This document shows positions 44,099 through 54,100 of a stretch of 64,000 bases of DNA, piece by piece. The position numbers and the translations under genes were made by a program. The notes beneath the pieces were generated by a model that did no database searches, was not told the DNA's origin, and was given only the letters and a program-made list of their open reading frames with translations. Origin of the DNA: Pirellulales bacterium (lineage in GTDB: Bacteria; Planctomycetota; Planctomycetia; Pirellulales; UBA1268); the NCBI GenBank assembly GCA_041746715.1, contig JBGTGN010000156.1, positions 14,900-78,899 of the forward strand. The letters are read 5' to 3'. The first letter of the stretch is position 1; each line of letters opens with the position of its first letter.

Positions 44099-46251
44099 TC
44101 CTTGCTCCTTCTGATCGACACAAACGACTGTGCCGCCCGCGATCGCACACGTTTCCATGACATGCTGGCGAGTTTCCGGCAGGATCGCCACCAGGCAGCA
44201 GCAAGCGTTGGCTCAAGGCAGACTCTCGGGTTCACCCGCACCATGACCCAAAGCATCGTGAGGGCATCGGGAAGGCCACATGCCGACTTGCCAACAGCAC
44301 TGCCGAAGAGATGGGCGAGTGTCCGTGCCTCGTACCGCGAGAGAGAGCGTTCGGTCTGTCCCATGTCGAGAAGCCCAGCCGCCGCTCCTTCCCTCGCAAT
44401 CTCGCGAAAGATTCGGACGTTTTCCTCAATGCGTTCGAGCGGGAGATTCGAGCTCGCGTTGCCGCCGTGCTGCACCCATGCCCCCGCGATCGTCTTGAGT
44501 ACCACGACGTTGCCTGTCAGCGCGAGCCGCAACAGGGAATTCATGTCGGCGGAGCTGATGTCGCGGTCATAGAACCCCTGGCGGAGTGCGGCGTCGCGGC
44601 GATAGAGCGTGCCGAGATGCGTGAAGAAGCCGGTCTCATAGACGAAGCGAAGGTATTCACCACCTGGCATCACCAGAGCATCGCCGTCGATCTCGGGAAG
44701 GATGTCGACCGATGGCCGCGGCGCGGCCGTTGTGCCTGGTGCTGACTGCCGCACGACGCGATGCCCGGCCTGGATAAATAGGGGCTCCGCGTCGGCGTGC
44801 CGGGCCGCAGCCGTCATGGCCTTGGTGATGAACGATGGGTCCGACAGGTGATCGTCGCCGTCGAGCATGAGCACCCACCGGCCAGTCGCGTTGGCCTCGA
44901 GGGCCTGGCGATAGTTCGCGACGCGGCCGATGTTGTGCTCCCGGCGAACGGAACGCAGCCTCGGGTCGTGCAGCCAGGCACGGACAACCGCTTCGGTGTC
45001 GTCGGTGGACGCATCATCGCACACCACCACTTCAAGGTTTGAGAAATCCTGCATGAGGCCACTGTGGATCGCACGGCCAAGGAATCGGGCGTGGTTGTAG
45101 GCGGGCACGATGATCGTGACTTCAGGCGTGGGCCTTGGCCGCAGGCCGCCGTCGAGGCACTTGAGAAGCGCGTCGGTCTCGCCGCCGGCTCGGACGGTCG
45201 ATGGCGTGCGGGAGATTGCGTCGCGAAAGCGTTCACGCGTAGCTATGTCGGCCATGAGGCGACCGAGGGCCTCGACAATCGCGGATTCGGTATGCGACAC
45301 GACGACACCCGTGACGCCGTCGTCGATGAGCTCGCGAGCGCCCTTGACGTCGGTCGAGAGCACGGGAGTGCCCTCAGCGAGGGCCTCACGGATCACGGTC
45401 GGGCAGCCTTCGCTCCGTGAACACAACACAAAAAGATCGGCATGCCGCATCCAGGCTCGTGGTGACTCCTGAAACCCCTCGAGCCAGAAGCGATCGGCCA
45501 TCCCCAGGGCGGCGATGGCCGCTTCGAGGTTTGGCCGCTCCACCCCCTCTCCAATCACATGCCAATGAAAGTCGTGGCCAGCATCCCGAAGCCTACGATG
45601 CACCCCGAGGCACATGAGGAGCTGCTTTTCCGGCGAGAGCCTCGCGACGGTGACAACGCGTAGGCGGCCATCCCCGCGGTATGGCTCAAGCGGATCACCC
45701 TCATGCTCACGCGGCGGATCGATCGGCGGCGGAATCACTGTTGCCGGAATATCGTGGAGCGTGGGCCAGGTTCGGGCGAGCGTGTCGAGAAGGCCTTGCG
45801 AGACGGGCAGGAGGTGATCGGCCGCGAGAATCGCTCCCTGCATCGCGGCAAGCGTGTCGCCTGTGCGGCGGGGTGCGAGGAGCCCCTCGTCGAGGAGCAC
45901 GAGCATCTTGCGCCGCCCGCGACAGAGGGCAAACGCAGCACAGGCGGGCATGTCTGGAAAAAGTGATGTCCCGATGACCGCGCCATAGTCGCGGCCAAGG
46001 CATGGAAGTTCGGCCGCCGCGATTGCTTCGCGAGTAGCGAGAAGGCCCTGGGCGACTATGTCTCGCTCGATGGCGAGTCGGGTGAGCCTGATGCCGTGTG
46101 GCAACTCCGCGGCAAGCGGTTCAGACACAGCACCCGTCACAAGCACATCGATCTGCCTCGACCCCGCCATCCGTTGCAGATGCCGCAGTGCGAGGTACGC
46201 AGCACCACCCTCAGTGAACTCTTTCGCAATGACGAGGATTCGATTATCCAT
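44095..46251 (-). CDS. Bifunctional glycosyltransferase (N-terminal GT4, C-terminal GT2)
   Basis: GT4 block: VARLSPEKQ...LCSRSEGCPTVIREALAEGTPVLSTDVKGARELI. GT2 block: VTIIVPAYNHARFLGRAIHSGLMQDFSNLEVVVCDDASTD...MLDGDDH. An alternative start is at 46329. Confidence 0.85.
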   Translation of the reverse strand: MDNRILVIAKEFTEGGAAYLALRHLQRMAGSRQIDVLVTGAVSEPLAAELPHGIRLTRLAIERDIVAQGLLATREAIAAAELPCLGRDYGAVIGTSLFPDMPACAAFALCRGRRKMLVLLDEGLLAPRRTGDTLAAMQGAILAADHLLPVSQGLLDTLARTWPTLHDIPATVIPPPIDPPREHEGDPLEPYRGDGRLRVVTVARLSPEKQLLMCLGVHRRLRDAGHDFHWHVIGEGVERPNLEAAIAALGMADRFWLEGFQESPRAWMRHADLFVLCSRSEGCPTVIREALAEGTPVLSTDVKGARELIDDGVTGVVVSHTESAIVEALGRLMADIATRERFRDAISRTPSTVRAGGETDALLKCLDGGLRPRPTPEVTIIVPAYNHARFLGRAIHSGLMQDFSNLEVVVCDDASTDDTEAVVRAWLHDPRLRSVRREHNIGRVANYRQALEANATGRWVLMLDGDDHLSDPSFITKAMTAAARHADAEPLFIQAGHRVVRQSAPGTTAAPRPSVDILPEIDGDALVMPGGEYLRFVYETGFFTHLGTLYRRDAALRQGFYDRDISSADMNSLLRLALTGNVVVLKTIAGAWVQHGGNASSNLPLERIEENVRIFREIAREGAAAGLLDMGQTERSLSRYEARTLAHLFGSAVGKSACGLPDALTMLWVMVRVNPRVCLEPTLAAAWWRSCRKLASMSWKRVRSRAAQSFVSIRRSKE

Positions 46252-46392
46252 GTGGAGTGGCCGACGGAGAGCTGGGTTTGATGCTGGGGTCCGTACTGTA
46301 TCCTCGTTCCGCCGATCCATGCTTGCCAACGTGAGGCAACTCTTTCGAGGTTCCGACGGCCCTCCGACACGCCAACGAAAAGTGTCTCATTC

Positions 46393-47661
46393 ATGCCGCC
46401 CGACTCATCTGTCAAGGAAGTTGTTGACCACTTCTACCGCACCGAATCGCGGCGGGTGTTCGCATCGCTCGTGCGGCTGCTGGGCGACTTTGATCTCGCC
46501 GAAGAGGCGCTGCATGAAGCGTTTGCCGCGGCGGTGGAGCGGTGGCCCGAGACAGGCGCGCCTGAGAATCCACGGGCGTGGCTCGTGTCAACGGGGCGTT
46601 TCAAAGCGATCGATGCCCTCAGGCGGCGGGGACGATTGGATGAGCTTCACCTCGACGTAGCCAGTCGGCTCCAAGCGATTGCCGAGTCGAATGCCATCAA
46701 GGCGAGCGAGCCAATCGAAGACGACCGGCTCCGACTGATCTTCACCTGCTGCCATCCGGCGATCGACCCCAAGGTGCAGGTGCCGCTCACGCTTCGCGAA
46801 GTCTGCGGGCTCTCGACTGAAGAAATTGCCAGTGGCTTTCTGACGGCCCCGGCGGCGATGGCCCAGCGCATCGTTCGGGTCAAGGCGAAGATTCGTGATG
46901 CGGGAATTCCCTTCTCCGTTCCCGCGCCCGACGCCCTTCCCGAGCGGCTCGACGCGGTGCTATCGGTTATCTATCTCGTCTTCAACGAAGGGTACGCCGC
47001 TTCCTCCGGCGGTGTGCTCACCCGCGCGGATCTCTCCGGCGAGGCGATCCGACTGGGGCGACTCGTGGTGGAACTGCTTCCCGATCAGGAGGCCCTTGGT
47101 CTCTTGGCGCTGATGCTGTTGCAGGAGTCCAGGCGGCTCACGCGAGTCGATGCCAATGGAGACATCGTGCTGCTCGAAGACCAGGATCGCTCCCGCTGGA
47201 ACCGTGACCTGATCGACGAGGGGCTTCGCTTGATCTTTCGGGTGATGGGCATGCGACGGTTCGGCGTCTATTCGCTCCAGGCCGCCATCGCCGCTGAACA
47301 CGCTCGAGCACCCACGGCCAGCGCCACCGACTGGCGGCAGATCACGGCCCTCTACGACGCGCTGCTCGAAGCAAGCCCTTCGCCGGTTGTCGAACTCAAT
47401 CGTGCCGTGGCCGTGGCGATGCGAGACGATCCCGCCGCTGGACTCGAGATTGTGGACGCGATTCTCGCCCGCGGCGAGTTGGCCCGATATCACCTGGCCC
47501 ACGCGGCGCGGGCCGACCTGCTCCGGCGTCTTGGTCGCGCTTCCGTCGCGCGCGATGCCTACCGAACGGCCCTGTCTCATACCGATCAAGAGCCGGAACG
47601 GAGATTTCTCCTCCGCCGCCTTGCGGAGCTGGAAAATAGCCCAAAAAGCGAGACGATCTGA
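46393..47661 (+). CDS. ECF sigma factor with long C-terminal helical extension (ECF42-like)
   Basis: The sigma2 region is [51 protein letters not shown]. The sigma4 region is [37 protein letters not shown] ~200-aa TPR-like tail follows. Confidence 0.85.
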   Translation: MPPDSSVKEVVDHFYRTESRRVFASLVRLLGDFDLAEEALHEAFAAAVERWPETGAPENPRAWLVSTGRFKAIDALRRRGRLDELHLDVASRLQAIAESNAIKASEPIEDDRLRLIFTCCHPAIDPKVQVPLTLREVCGLSTEEIASGFLTAPAAMAQRIVRVKAKIRDAGIPFSVPAPDALPERLDAVLSVIYLVFNEGYAASSGGVLTRADLSGEAIRLGRLVVELLPDQEALGLLALMLLQESRRLTRVDANGDIVLLEDQDRSRWNRDLIDEGLRLIFRVMGMRRFGVYSLQAAIAAEHARAPTASATDWRQITALYDALLEASPSPVVELNRAVAVAMRDDPAAGLEIVDAILARGELARYHLAHAARADLLRRLGRASVARDAYRTALSHTDQEPERRFLLRRLAELENSPKSETI

Positions 47662-47676
47662 TTCTTTTGAACCGCG

Positions 47677-47703
47677 TGTCGATCGAGCCCGATCCCGTTC
47701 GAC
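47677..47703 (+). promoter_or_regulatory. Possible ECF-type promoter TGTCGA-N16-TCGAC
   Basis: Lies between the sigma gene and the first YCII/DGPF gene. The match to the ECF42 target motif is from memory only. Confidence 0.2.
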
Positions 47704-47766
47704 TACTTCACGGCACCAAGAATCAGATTAGCCCGACGCATGGCCTTCGGAGGCAGGAGCAACACG

Positions 47767-48678
47767 ATGAAGTTTGTTTGCCTGGGATATCTGGACGAGT
47801 CCCAATGGGAACGCCTCTCGGAAGCAGATGGGCAGAGAATGATGGAAGCATGTTTCGACTACGACGATGAGTTGCGTCGCGGCGGGCATTTTCTCGGCGG
47901 CGAGGCGCTCTCGGCGTCCAAGAGTGCAGTGACGCTGCGATCGAGGAACGGCCAGGTTGAAGTCTCCGACGGTCCCTTCACCGAGACGAAGGAGGTTCTG
48001 GGGGGGATTCTGCTGCTCGAAGCCCGCGATCTCGACCACGCGATTGATCTGATGTCCAAACACCCTGGCGCTCACGTTGGCCCCTGGGAGATTCGCGCGG
48101 CAGACGAACAGATAAACGCCCTGATCGCTGAGCGTGACGCGGCGGCACGGGTTCGCCCGTCGGAGGCGCCTAGGGCGGGCCATTCCATCAGAACGCTTCG
48201 CGACGCCCTCAACTTCAGCTACGAATGGATCAAGCCGCTGGCCGACGACCTGGCAGACGCTGCTATGACCTCGCCGACGCCCGTAGCGGGAAACCATCCG
48301 CTTTGGATCATGGGGCACCTGGCGCTGTCCAGCGCAGATCTCCTCGCGATGGTCACTGACGTCCCAAATCCCCATGGGTGCTGGAAAGCACTTTTCGAGG
48401 GAGGAAGCCAACCGTTGCCGGATCTAGCAACCTACCCCGCGTATGCAGAGGTTATGAAGGCCTATGAGGCCACGCACCAAAACGTGCTCACAGTGCTTGA
48501 CGAGCTGACGGAGTTGCAACTGAATGCTCGGCCCCCCGCGGTCTGGGACGTTCTCCAGGAAGACCCCCAGTTTCAAACCATCGGACAGGTGTTGCTGTTC
48601 ATCGCTCTCCACGAGATGTCGCATCGCGGGCAACTGGCCGATGCCAGGCGGGCCCTTGGGCGAAAGCCCTTTGCGTAG
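47767..48678 (+). CDS. YCII/DGPF domain fused to a DinB-like domain
   Basis: The N-terminal half is [15 protein letters not shown]...[31 protein letters not shown]. The C-terminal half is [18 protein letters not shown]...[20 protein letters not shown] (DinB-type His triad context). GGAGG lies upstream of the ATG at 47767. Confidence 0.8.
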   Translation: MKFVCLGYLDESQWERLSEADGQRMMEACFDYDDELRRGGHFLGGEALSASKSAVTLRSRNGQVEVSDGPFTETKEVLGGILLLEARDLDHAIDLMSKHPGAHVGPWEIRAADEQINALIAERDAAARVRPSEAPRAGHSIRTLRDALNFSYEWIKPLADDLADAAMTSPTPVAGNHPLWIMGHLALSSADLLAMVTDVPNPHGCWKALFEGGSQPLPDLATYPAYAEVMKAYEATHQNVLTVLDELTELQLNARPPAVWDVLQEDPQFQTIGQVLLFIALHEMSHRGQLADARRALGRKPFA

Positions 48679-48725
48679 CATCCTCCACCACACACCGTTT
48701 CTATCCCTCAGCAAGGAGATTCCAC

Positions 48726-49154
48726 ATGCACCATGCCACGGTTCACGCCTACCTCTTCTTCAATGGCCGCTGTGAGGAGGCGCTTGAGTTCTACCAATCG
48801 GCTGCGGGTGCCACCGTGGGGATGCTCATGCGGTTCAGCGAGAGCCCAGACCCCACGCCGGAGGGCATGATGCCGCCAGGCTGGGAAAACAAGGTCATGC
48901 ACTGCGACTTCACCATCGGGCAGACGATGGTCCTGGCCTCGGATGGCTGCGACGCCACATCGAAATTTGATGGCTTCCGTCTCGCGCTGACGGTGCCCAC
49001 CGAGGCGGATGCCGATCGTGTCTTCGGCGCGCTTGCACACGAGGGCACCGTAGACATGCCGTTGGGCACAACCTTCTGGTCACCTCGCTTCGGCATGCTC
49101 ACCGACAAGTTCGGCGTCGGCTGGATGGTCATGGTTCCTGGCGAGGATTCATAA
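48726..49154 (+). CDS. VOC (glyoxalase/PhnB-like) family protein
   Basis: HAYLFFNGRCEEALEFYQSA...VMHCDFTIGQTMVLASDG...FWSPRFGMLTDKFGVGWMV. Confidence 0.85.
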   Translation: MHHATVHAYLFFNGRCEEALEFYQSAAGATVGMLMRFSESPDPTPEGMMPPGWENKVMHCDFTIGQTMVLASDGCDATSKFDGFRLALTVPTEADADRVFGALAHEGTVDMPLGTTFWSPRFGMLTDKFGVGWMVMVPGEDS

Positions 49155-49198
49155 GTCCGAGTGATCCCTTCACCCTCTCCACACCCAGAAAGCAAACG

Positions 49199-49690
49199 AT
49201 GACGACTCATGCACATGACGATGAAGCGGCGATTCGGCGGCTCATCGCACGATGGACCTCCGCCGTCGAGGCCAAAGACTTGGATGGCATCGTCGCCGAC
49301 TATGCCGACGATGCGATCTTGTTCGATGCGATTCCCCCATACAAAGTCGTCGGCAAGGAGGCGATTCGTCAGGCATGGGCCAACTGTCTGCCGTACTTTC
49401 CTGAGAGGTTTACGTCTGAACATCGTGACGTCGTGATTCACGTCAGTGGCAATACCGCGATCATGCACGGCATCCAACACTTTATTCCGACCCCCGCTGA
49501 CCATCCCGCCGGGCAGACGTGGATGCGAGTGACGGTCGGCTACCAGCGGATCGACGGTCAGTGGAAGTCGGTCCATGACCACATCTCGATCCCGTTTAAT
49601 CCCATGAACAACCAGGCGTGGCTCATCCGTGACCCCGATACGATGGACGTGCCGGATTACGGTGCCGCGGGCGGCTGCGGGAGCGGGTGA
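49199..49690 (+). CDS. SnoaL-like / NTF2-fold (DUF4440-type) protein
   Basis: EAAIRRLIARWTSAVEAKDLDGIVADYADDAILFD...RVTVGYQRIDGQWKSVHDHIS. Confidence 0.8.
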   Translation: MTTHAHDDEAAIRRLIARWTSAVEAKDLDGIVADYADDAILFDAIPPYKVVGKEAIRQAWANCLPYFPERFTSEHRDVVIHVSGNTAIMHGIQHFIPTPADHPAGQTWMRVTVGYQRIDGQWKSVHDHISIPFNPMNNQAWLIRDPDTMDVPDYGAAGGCGSG

Positions 49691-49767
49691 GGTGAGACAC
49701 GGTGCCCGGCATCCAGCGCCAACCTGAATTCCCCTCACGGTGAACCGATACCCTGGAGAGCCACGTC

Positions 49768-50115
49768 ATGAAGTACATGCTGCTGATCTACAGTGCCGAG
49801 AACGCCTGGACTGCGGAGGAACGGGACCAGTGCATGCGGAAGTCGATGGCGGTGTGCGATGAGCTCGAGGCACAAGGAAAATGGATCGCCTCGTCGCCCT
49901 TGCATTCGGTGGCCACTTCGACGTGCGTGCGGGTTCGCCAGGGCCACACCCAAGTAACAGATGGTCCCTTCGCCGAAACGACAGAGCAGCTTGGCGGCTA
50001 CTATGTGATCGATGTCAAAGACCTCGACGAGGCCATCGCGATTGCCGGACGGCTTCCGCCGGCCATGAAGGGCACCGTCGAGATTCGACCGATCTATCCG
50101 CTGCCAGCGAGATAG
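49768..50115 (+). CDS. YCII/DGPF domain protein
   Basis: MKYMLLIYSAENAW...VTDGPFAETTEQLGGYYVIDVKDLDEAIAIA. Confidence 0.85.
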   Translation: MKYMLLIYSAENAWTAEERDQCMRKSMAVCDELEAQGKWIASSPLHSVATSTCVRVRQGHTQVTDGPFAETTEQLGGYYVIDVKDLDEAIAIAGRLPPAMKGTVEIRPIYPLPAR

Positions 50116-50221
50116 TCGGTTGAGCACGACACTCGCCGGCACGTGCCGCATCTGAGGTGATTCTCAGACACGGCACCTGCTAATCTAGAGATCCCTTGTC
50201 TGCTCGCGTGTCGCGGAGCCC

Positions 50222-51325
50222 ATGATGACCGTCCGATCGCAGACTTCACGCGTGCAGCTCCCAGGCCTCTTGAATGCGACGGGGATATTCAGCCTCTTCC
50301 TTATGGTCACAGCCATGCCTGCCTCTGCCGAAACCATCTCCAACCCACCCCACATTGAACGCCTCGATCCTCGTCTTGACGCGGTGGTTCGCGCAGGCGC
50401 ACCCATCGAGCTTCTCGGCGAGGGATTCCTTTGGAGCGAGGGCCCGGTGTGGGTGAAGGAAGGGTCGTTCTTGCTCTTTTCCGACATCCCCAACAATGCC
50501 GTCATGAAGTATCAGGACGGCGCCGGGGTATCGATGTTCCTGAAACCCTCGGGGTACACCGGCACGAGCCGGCGGGGCGGGAAAGGCGAGGGCTGGGTCG
50601 ATGAGCTCGGCTCCAACGGGCTGATCCTTGACGACCACGGACGGCTCATTCTCTGCCAGCATGGCAACCGCAGCATTGCCCGGCTCGATGCATCGCTCAC
50701 AGCATCGATGCCCCTCGAAGCCCGGTTTGCGGTTCTCGCCGATCGTTGGAAGGGGAAACAATTCAACAGCCCAAACGACATCGTGCGGCACTCTTCCGGA
50801 GCCCTCTACTTCACCGATCCCTCGTATGGTCTCGACAAGGGGGGTGATCCAACCACCCGTGAGATCGACTTCAATGGCGTCTATCGGGTGGCAAACGACG
50901 GCACCGTGACACTCGCAACAAAGGCGATGACCAAGCCCAACGGGCTCGCTTTTTCACCAGACGAGCGCATCCTCTATATCGGCCAGAGTGACCGCGCGGC
51001 GCCGCTCTGGCGGGCGTTCCCGGTTCACGACGATGGCTCCCTCGGCGAGCCGACGGTCTTTTTCGACGCCACGGAGCTGGCAGCATCCGGCCGGCGCGGC
51101 TCGCCCGACGGGATGAAAGTGGATCGCCACGGCTATGTCTTCGCGACCGGGCCAGGCGGTGTGCTTGTCATCACACCCGAGGGCGATCATCTTGGAACCA
51201 TCATGACCGGTGATGTCGTCTCCAACTGTGCCTTTGGCGACGATGGCCGCACGCTCTACATGACGTCAAACTCGAAGCTCTTCCGCGTGCGGCTCGAGAC
51301 AACGGGCATCGGATCCTTTGAATGA
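50222..51325 (+). CDS. SMP-30/gluconolactonase/LRE-like beta-propeller hydrolase (secreted)
   Basis: Signal peptide, then FLWSEGPVWVKEGSFLLFSDIPNN, NSPNDIVRHSSGALYFTDP, and PNGLAFSPDERILYI. Confidence 0.85.
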   Translation: MMTVRSQTSRVQLPGLLNATGIFSLFLMVTAMPASAETISNPPHIERLDPRLDAVVRAGAPIELLGEGFLWSEGPVWVKEGSFLLFSDIPNNAVMKYQDGAGVSMFLKPSGYTGTSRRGGKGEGWVDELGSNGLILDDHGRLILCQHGNRSIARLDASLTASMPLEARFAVLADRWKGKQFNSPNDIVRHSSGALYFTDPSYGLDKGGDPTTREIDFNGVYRVANDGTVTLATKAMTKPNGLAFSPDERILYIGQSDRAAPLWRAFPVHDDGSLGEPTVFFDATELAASGRRGSPDGMKVDRHGYVFATGPGGVLVITPEGDHLGTIMTGDVVSNCAFGDDGRTLYMTSNSKLFRVRLETTGIGSFE

Positions 51326-51394
51326 CGGGCGAGACAGGGCGCGATTGCAGCAGACCATCCACTGCGATCAGTTGGCAGGTGGCACTCTTCCAAG

Positions 51395-52015
51395 TCACCG
51401 CTCCATGGCGCCTTTGCCGGCCAGGATCCGATCTCGGAACGAGATGATACGAGCGATTCTGGTCTCGGGCTTCTTTGCCGAATTGAGGTTGATGGCATAG
51501 CTCTTCTGACGCCCTGGCGTAAGACTGTGAAACGCCTTCGCCAACTCCGGGTCGGAGTCCAAAGCCTCTGTCAACTCATCCGGCAACTCGAGGGCGGTTG
51601 CATCCTTTGGCGGCTTGAGGCCGGCATCGGCGTAGCTCATCGCCTCCATGAGGTAGGACCGGACGGTGCTTTCCATCGACTCTACGTGCGAATTGTCTGT
51701 AAAACGAATCATGTCGGCGTGCTTGGTATTCGGCCCTTGTCGCTCGAGCACCCCTTCGGGATCCTTCATGAGCGCGGCGTTGAAGAAACTCAATCGGAAG
51801 TCATGGCGCAGCGCACCGATAATGGCGATGTTGCGATTCTTGTGCATGTAGCAGGGGTGCCCCCACTTGACCGTTTCCGCAAGCGGGAGGCCGACACAGA
51901 GTCGCCTCAGCGCCCGCAGTCCAATGGCCCATTTCCGCGTCGAGCAGTCATCCGTGGCGAACCGTTCACAGCGGCCGCACCCGAGCACAAAGTAGTCTTC
52001 GATATCCGTAATCAC
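51395..52015 (-). CDS. YdeI/DUF1801-type protein
   Basis: GCGRCERF...ETVKWGHPCYMHKNRNIAI and the C-terminal stretch FHSLTPGRQKSYAINLNSAKKPETR. Confidence 0.75.
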   Translation of the reverse strand: MITDIEDYFVLGCGRCERFATDDCSTRKWAIGLRALRRLCVGLPLAETVKWGHPCYMHKNRNIAIIGALRHDFRLSFFNAALMKDPEGVLERQGPNTKHADMIRFTDNSHVESMESTVRSYLMEAMSYADAGLKPPKDATALELPDELTEALDSDPELAKAFHSLTPGRQKSYAINLNSAKKPETRIARIISFRDRILAGKGAMER

Positions 52016-52146
52016 TTCCGAAGCTCCAACTCACCACATCGCCCGCCAGAGTTTGATGTGCCGCATGGGCGCCCATTCCCATCGTGGTGGACGTCTATCC
52101 TTTGCGCATGACCTTTTCCATCGTGCTGCCCATTCACTGCTCCTCA

Positions 52147-53457
52147 TCACAATCGTTCGAGGATGAGCGATGGTCGGGCGACCGGTTCCTCCGAGATGGA
52201 GACGGCGCTGGTGAACATGGCATGGGCAGCCGGTAGTGACGCGGCGTGTGACGGATTGAAGTGGAGCTCGGCGAGGGCATCGCCAACTCGGACGCTGTCG
52301 CCGACGGTCTTGTGAAGCACGATGCCCGCGGCTGGATCAATGCTCGCCTCCGCTGTGGCGCGGCCGGCGCCGAGGAGCATCGATGCCTGTCCCACCGACC
52401 ACGCAGCCAGCCGCGAGAGACAGCCCGCCTGTTCGGCGCGGATGACCTCGACGCGTGCGGCACGGGGCAGAACGCTTTCAGGGTCGTCGCACACCCGTCC
52501 ATCACCGCCCTGCGCGACGACCACTCGGCGAAACCGCTCGAGCGCGGTGCCGTCGGCAATCGCACCACGACAGCGGTCGAGGGCTTCGGCATGCGTCGTC
52601 GCAACAGCGCCCAAAAGGAGCATCTCGGCGGCCAGTTCGAGCGACACTTCCATGAGATCGTGGGGGCCGTCCCCCTTGAGGCACTCAATGGACTCCCGGA
52701 TCTCGAGCGCGTTGCCCACCGTACGGCCGAGTGGCACGTCCATGTTCGTGAGGAGTGCCTGCACCGGCTTGCCGAGGGCGCGGCCGATCGTCGTCATGCT
52801 CGCGGCGAGTGCCCGGGCATCCTCGATTCGGCTCATGAACGCGCCGTCGCCACACTTCACGTCGAGCACAAGGGCATCGATTCCCTCAGCGAGTTTCTTG
52901 GAGAGGATCGACGCCGTGATGAGCGGAATGCTCTCGACGGTCGCGGTCGCATCGCGAAGGGCATAGAGCACGCGGTCGGCGGGGGCGATCTCCGCGGTCT
53001 GGCCGATGAGCACAAGCCCACACTCGCGGGCCACTCGGGCGTAGGCATCGATATCGAGGTCAATCCGAAACCCCGGAATGCTCTCGAGCTTGTCGAGCGT
53101 GCCGCCGGTGTGACCGAGGCCGCGGCCAGACACCATCGGCACGGTCACGCCACAGGCCGCTGCCACGGGAGCAAGAATGAGGCTCGTCTTGTCGCCGACG
53201 CCGCCGGTGGAATGCTTGTCGACTTTTGGGCCGGGGATATCGGAGAGATCGAGCACTGTGCCCGAGTGAAGCATCGCATCAACGAGCGCCGCCGTCTCGG
53301 CCGCGGTCATCCCGCGCCAATAGATCGCCATCGTGAGGGCCGACCACTGGTAGGTGGGCACGGTGCCATCGGTAAGCCCTGCCACGAGAAACCTGATCTC
53401 GTCGCTCGAAAACTCGCCGCCGTCGCGTTTCTTGCGAATGAGATCAACAGCACGCAT
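52147..53457 (-). CDS. deoA: Thymidine / pyrimidine-nucleoside phosphorylase
   Basis: LIRKKRDGGEFSSDEIRFLV, VDKHSTGGVGDKTSL, and SGRGLGHTGGTLDKLESIPGF. Start set at the ATG at 53457. Confidence 0.9.
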   Translation of the reverse strand: MRAVDLIRKKRDGGEFSSDEIRFLVAGLTDGTVPTYQWSALTMAIYWRGMTAAETAALVDAMLHSGTVLDLSDIPGPKVDKHSTGGVGDKTSLILAPVAAACGVTVPMVSGRGLGHTGGTLDKLESIPGFRIDLDIDAYARVARECGLVLIGQTAEIAPADRVLYALRDATATVESIPLITASILSKKLAEGIDALVLDVKCGDGAFMSRIEDARALAASMTTIGRALGKPVQALLTNMDVPLGRTVGNALEIRESIECLKGDGPHDLMEVSLELAAEMLLLGAVATTHAEALDRCRGAIADGTALERFRRVVVAQGGDGRVCDDPESVLPRAARVEVIRAEQAGCLSRLAAWSVGQASMLLGAGRATAEASIDPAAGIVLHKTVGDSVRVGDALAELHFNPSHAASLPAAHAMFTSAVSISEEPVARPSLILERL

Positions 53458-53464
53458 CAGTGAT

Positions 53465-54100
53465 TCACTCCGCGGCCGCTGTGCCGAACTGTCGATCGCC
53501 CGCGTCGCCCAAGCCCGGGACGATATAGCCTGATTGGTTGAGGCCTTCGTCGAGCGTCGCGACATGAATCGTCACGTCGGGGACTCCGTGCGAGAGGTGC
53601 TCGATGCCCTGAGGCGACGCGATGAGCGCCAAAAACACGATCCGCGGAATGCCGGCAGCCCTCAATATTTCACACGTGCGAACGGCTGAGCCACCGGTAG
53701 CGAGCATCGGATCGACGACGATCGCGACGGTGGCCGCCAGTTTCCGGGGGAGCTTGTTGTAGTACTCCTTGGGTTCGAGTGTGGCCTCGTCGCGGTAGAG
53801 CCCCACGTGCCAGACTTCGGCATCGGGGATAAGCTCGAGAAGGCCATCGGCCATGCCAAGCCCCGCGCGAAGGATCGGCACGATCGCGATCCGGTCGGCG
53901 AGCCGTTGCCCAGCCGCCTCGCCAAGCGGCGTCGGCACTCGAACGCCTTTGGTTGGAAGGCTGGCCGTGGCTTCCACACCGACCAGCCTGGTCAGTTGCC
54001 TGACCACCCGTCTGAACTCAGGCGACCGTGTCGCCGGGTCGCGAAGCATGCAGATATGGTGCGCGACCAGCGGATGGGTCGAGATGGAGACGGTTGCCAT
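53465..54100 (-). CDS. upp: Uracil phosphoribosyltransferase
   Basis: HPLVAHHICMLRD, VPILRAGLGM, IVVDPMLATGGSA, and YIVPGLGDAGDRQFGT. Start set at the ATG at 54100. Confidence 0.9.
   Translation of the reverse strand: MATVSISTHPLVAHHICMLRDPATRSPEFRRVVRQLTRLVGVEATASLPTKGVRVPTPLGEAAGQRLADRIAIVPILRAGLGMADGLLELIPDAEVWHVGLYRDEATLEPKEYYNKLPRKLAATVAIVVDPMLATGGSAVRTCEILRAAGIPRIVFLALIASPQGIEHLSHGVPDVTIHVATLDEGLNQSGYIVPGLGDAGDRQFGTAAAE

Noticed and set aside
52261-53463. 400-aa plus-strand ORF
   Set aside because: It is antisense to the thymidine phosphorylase gene.
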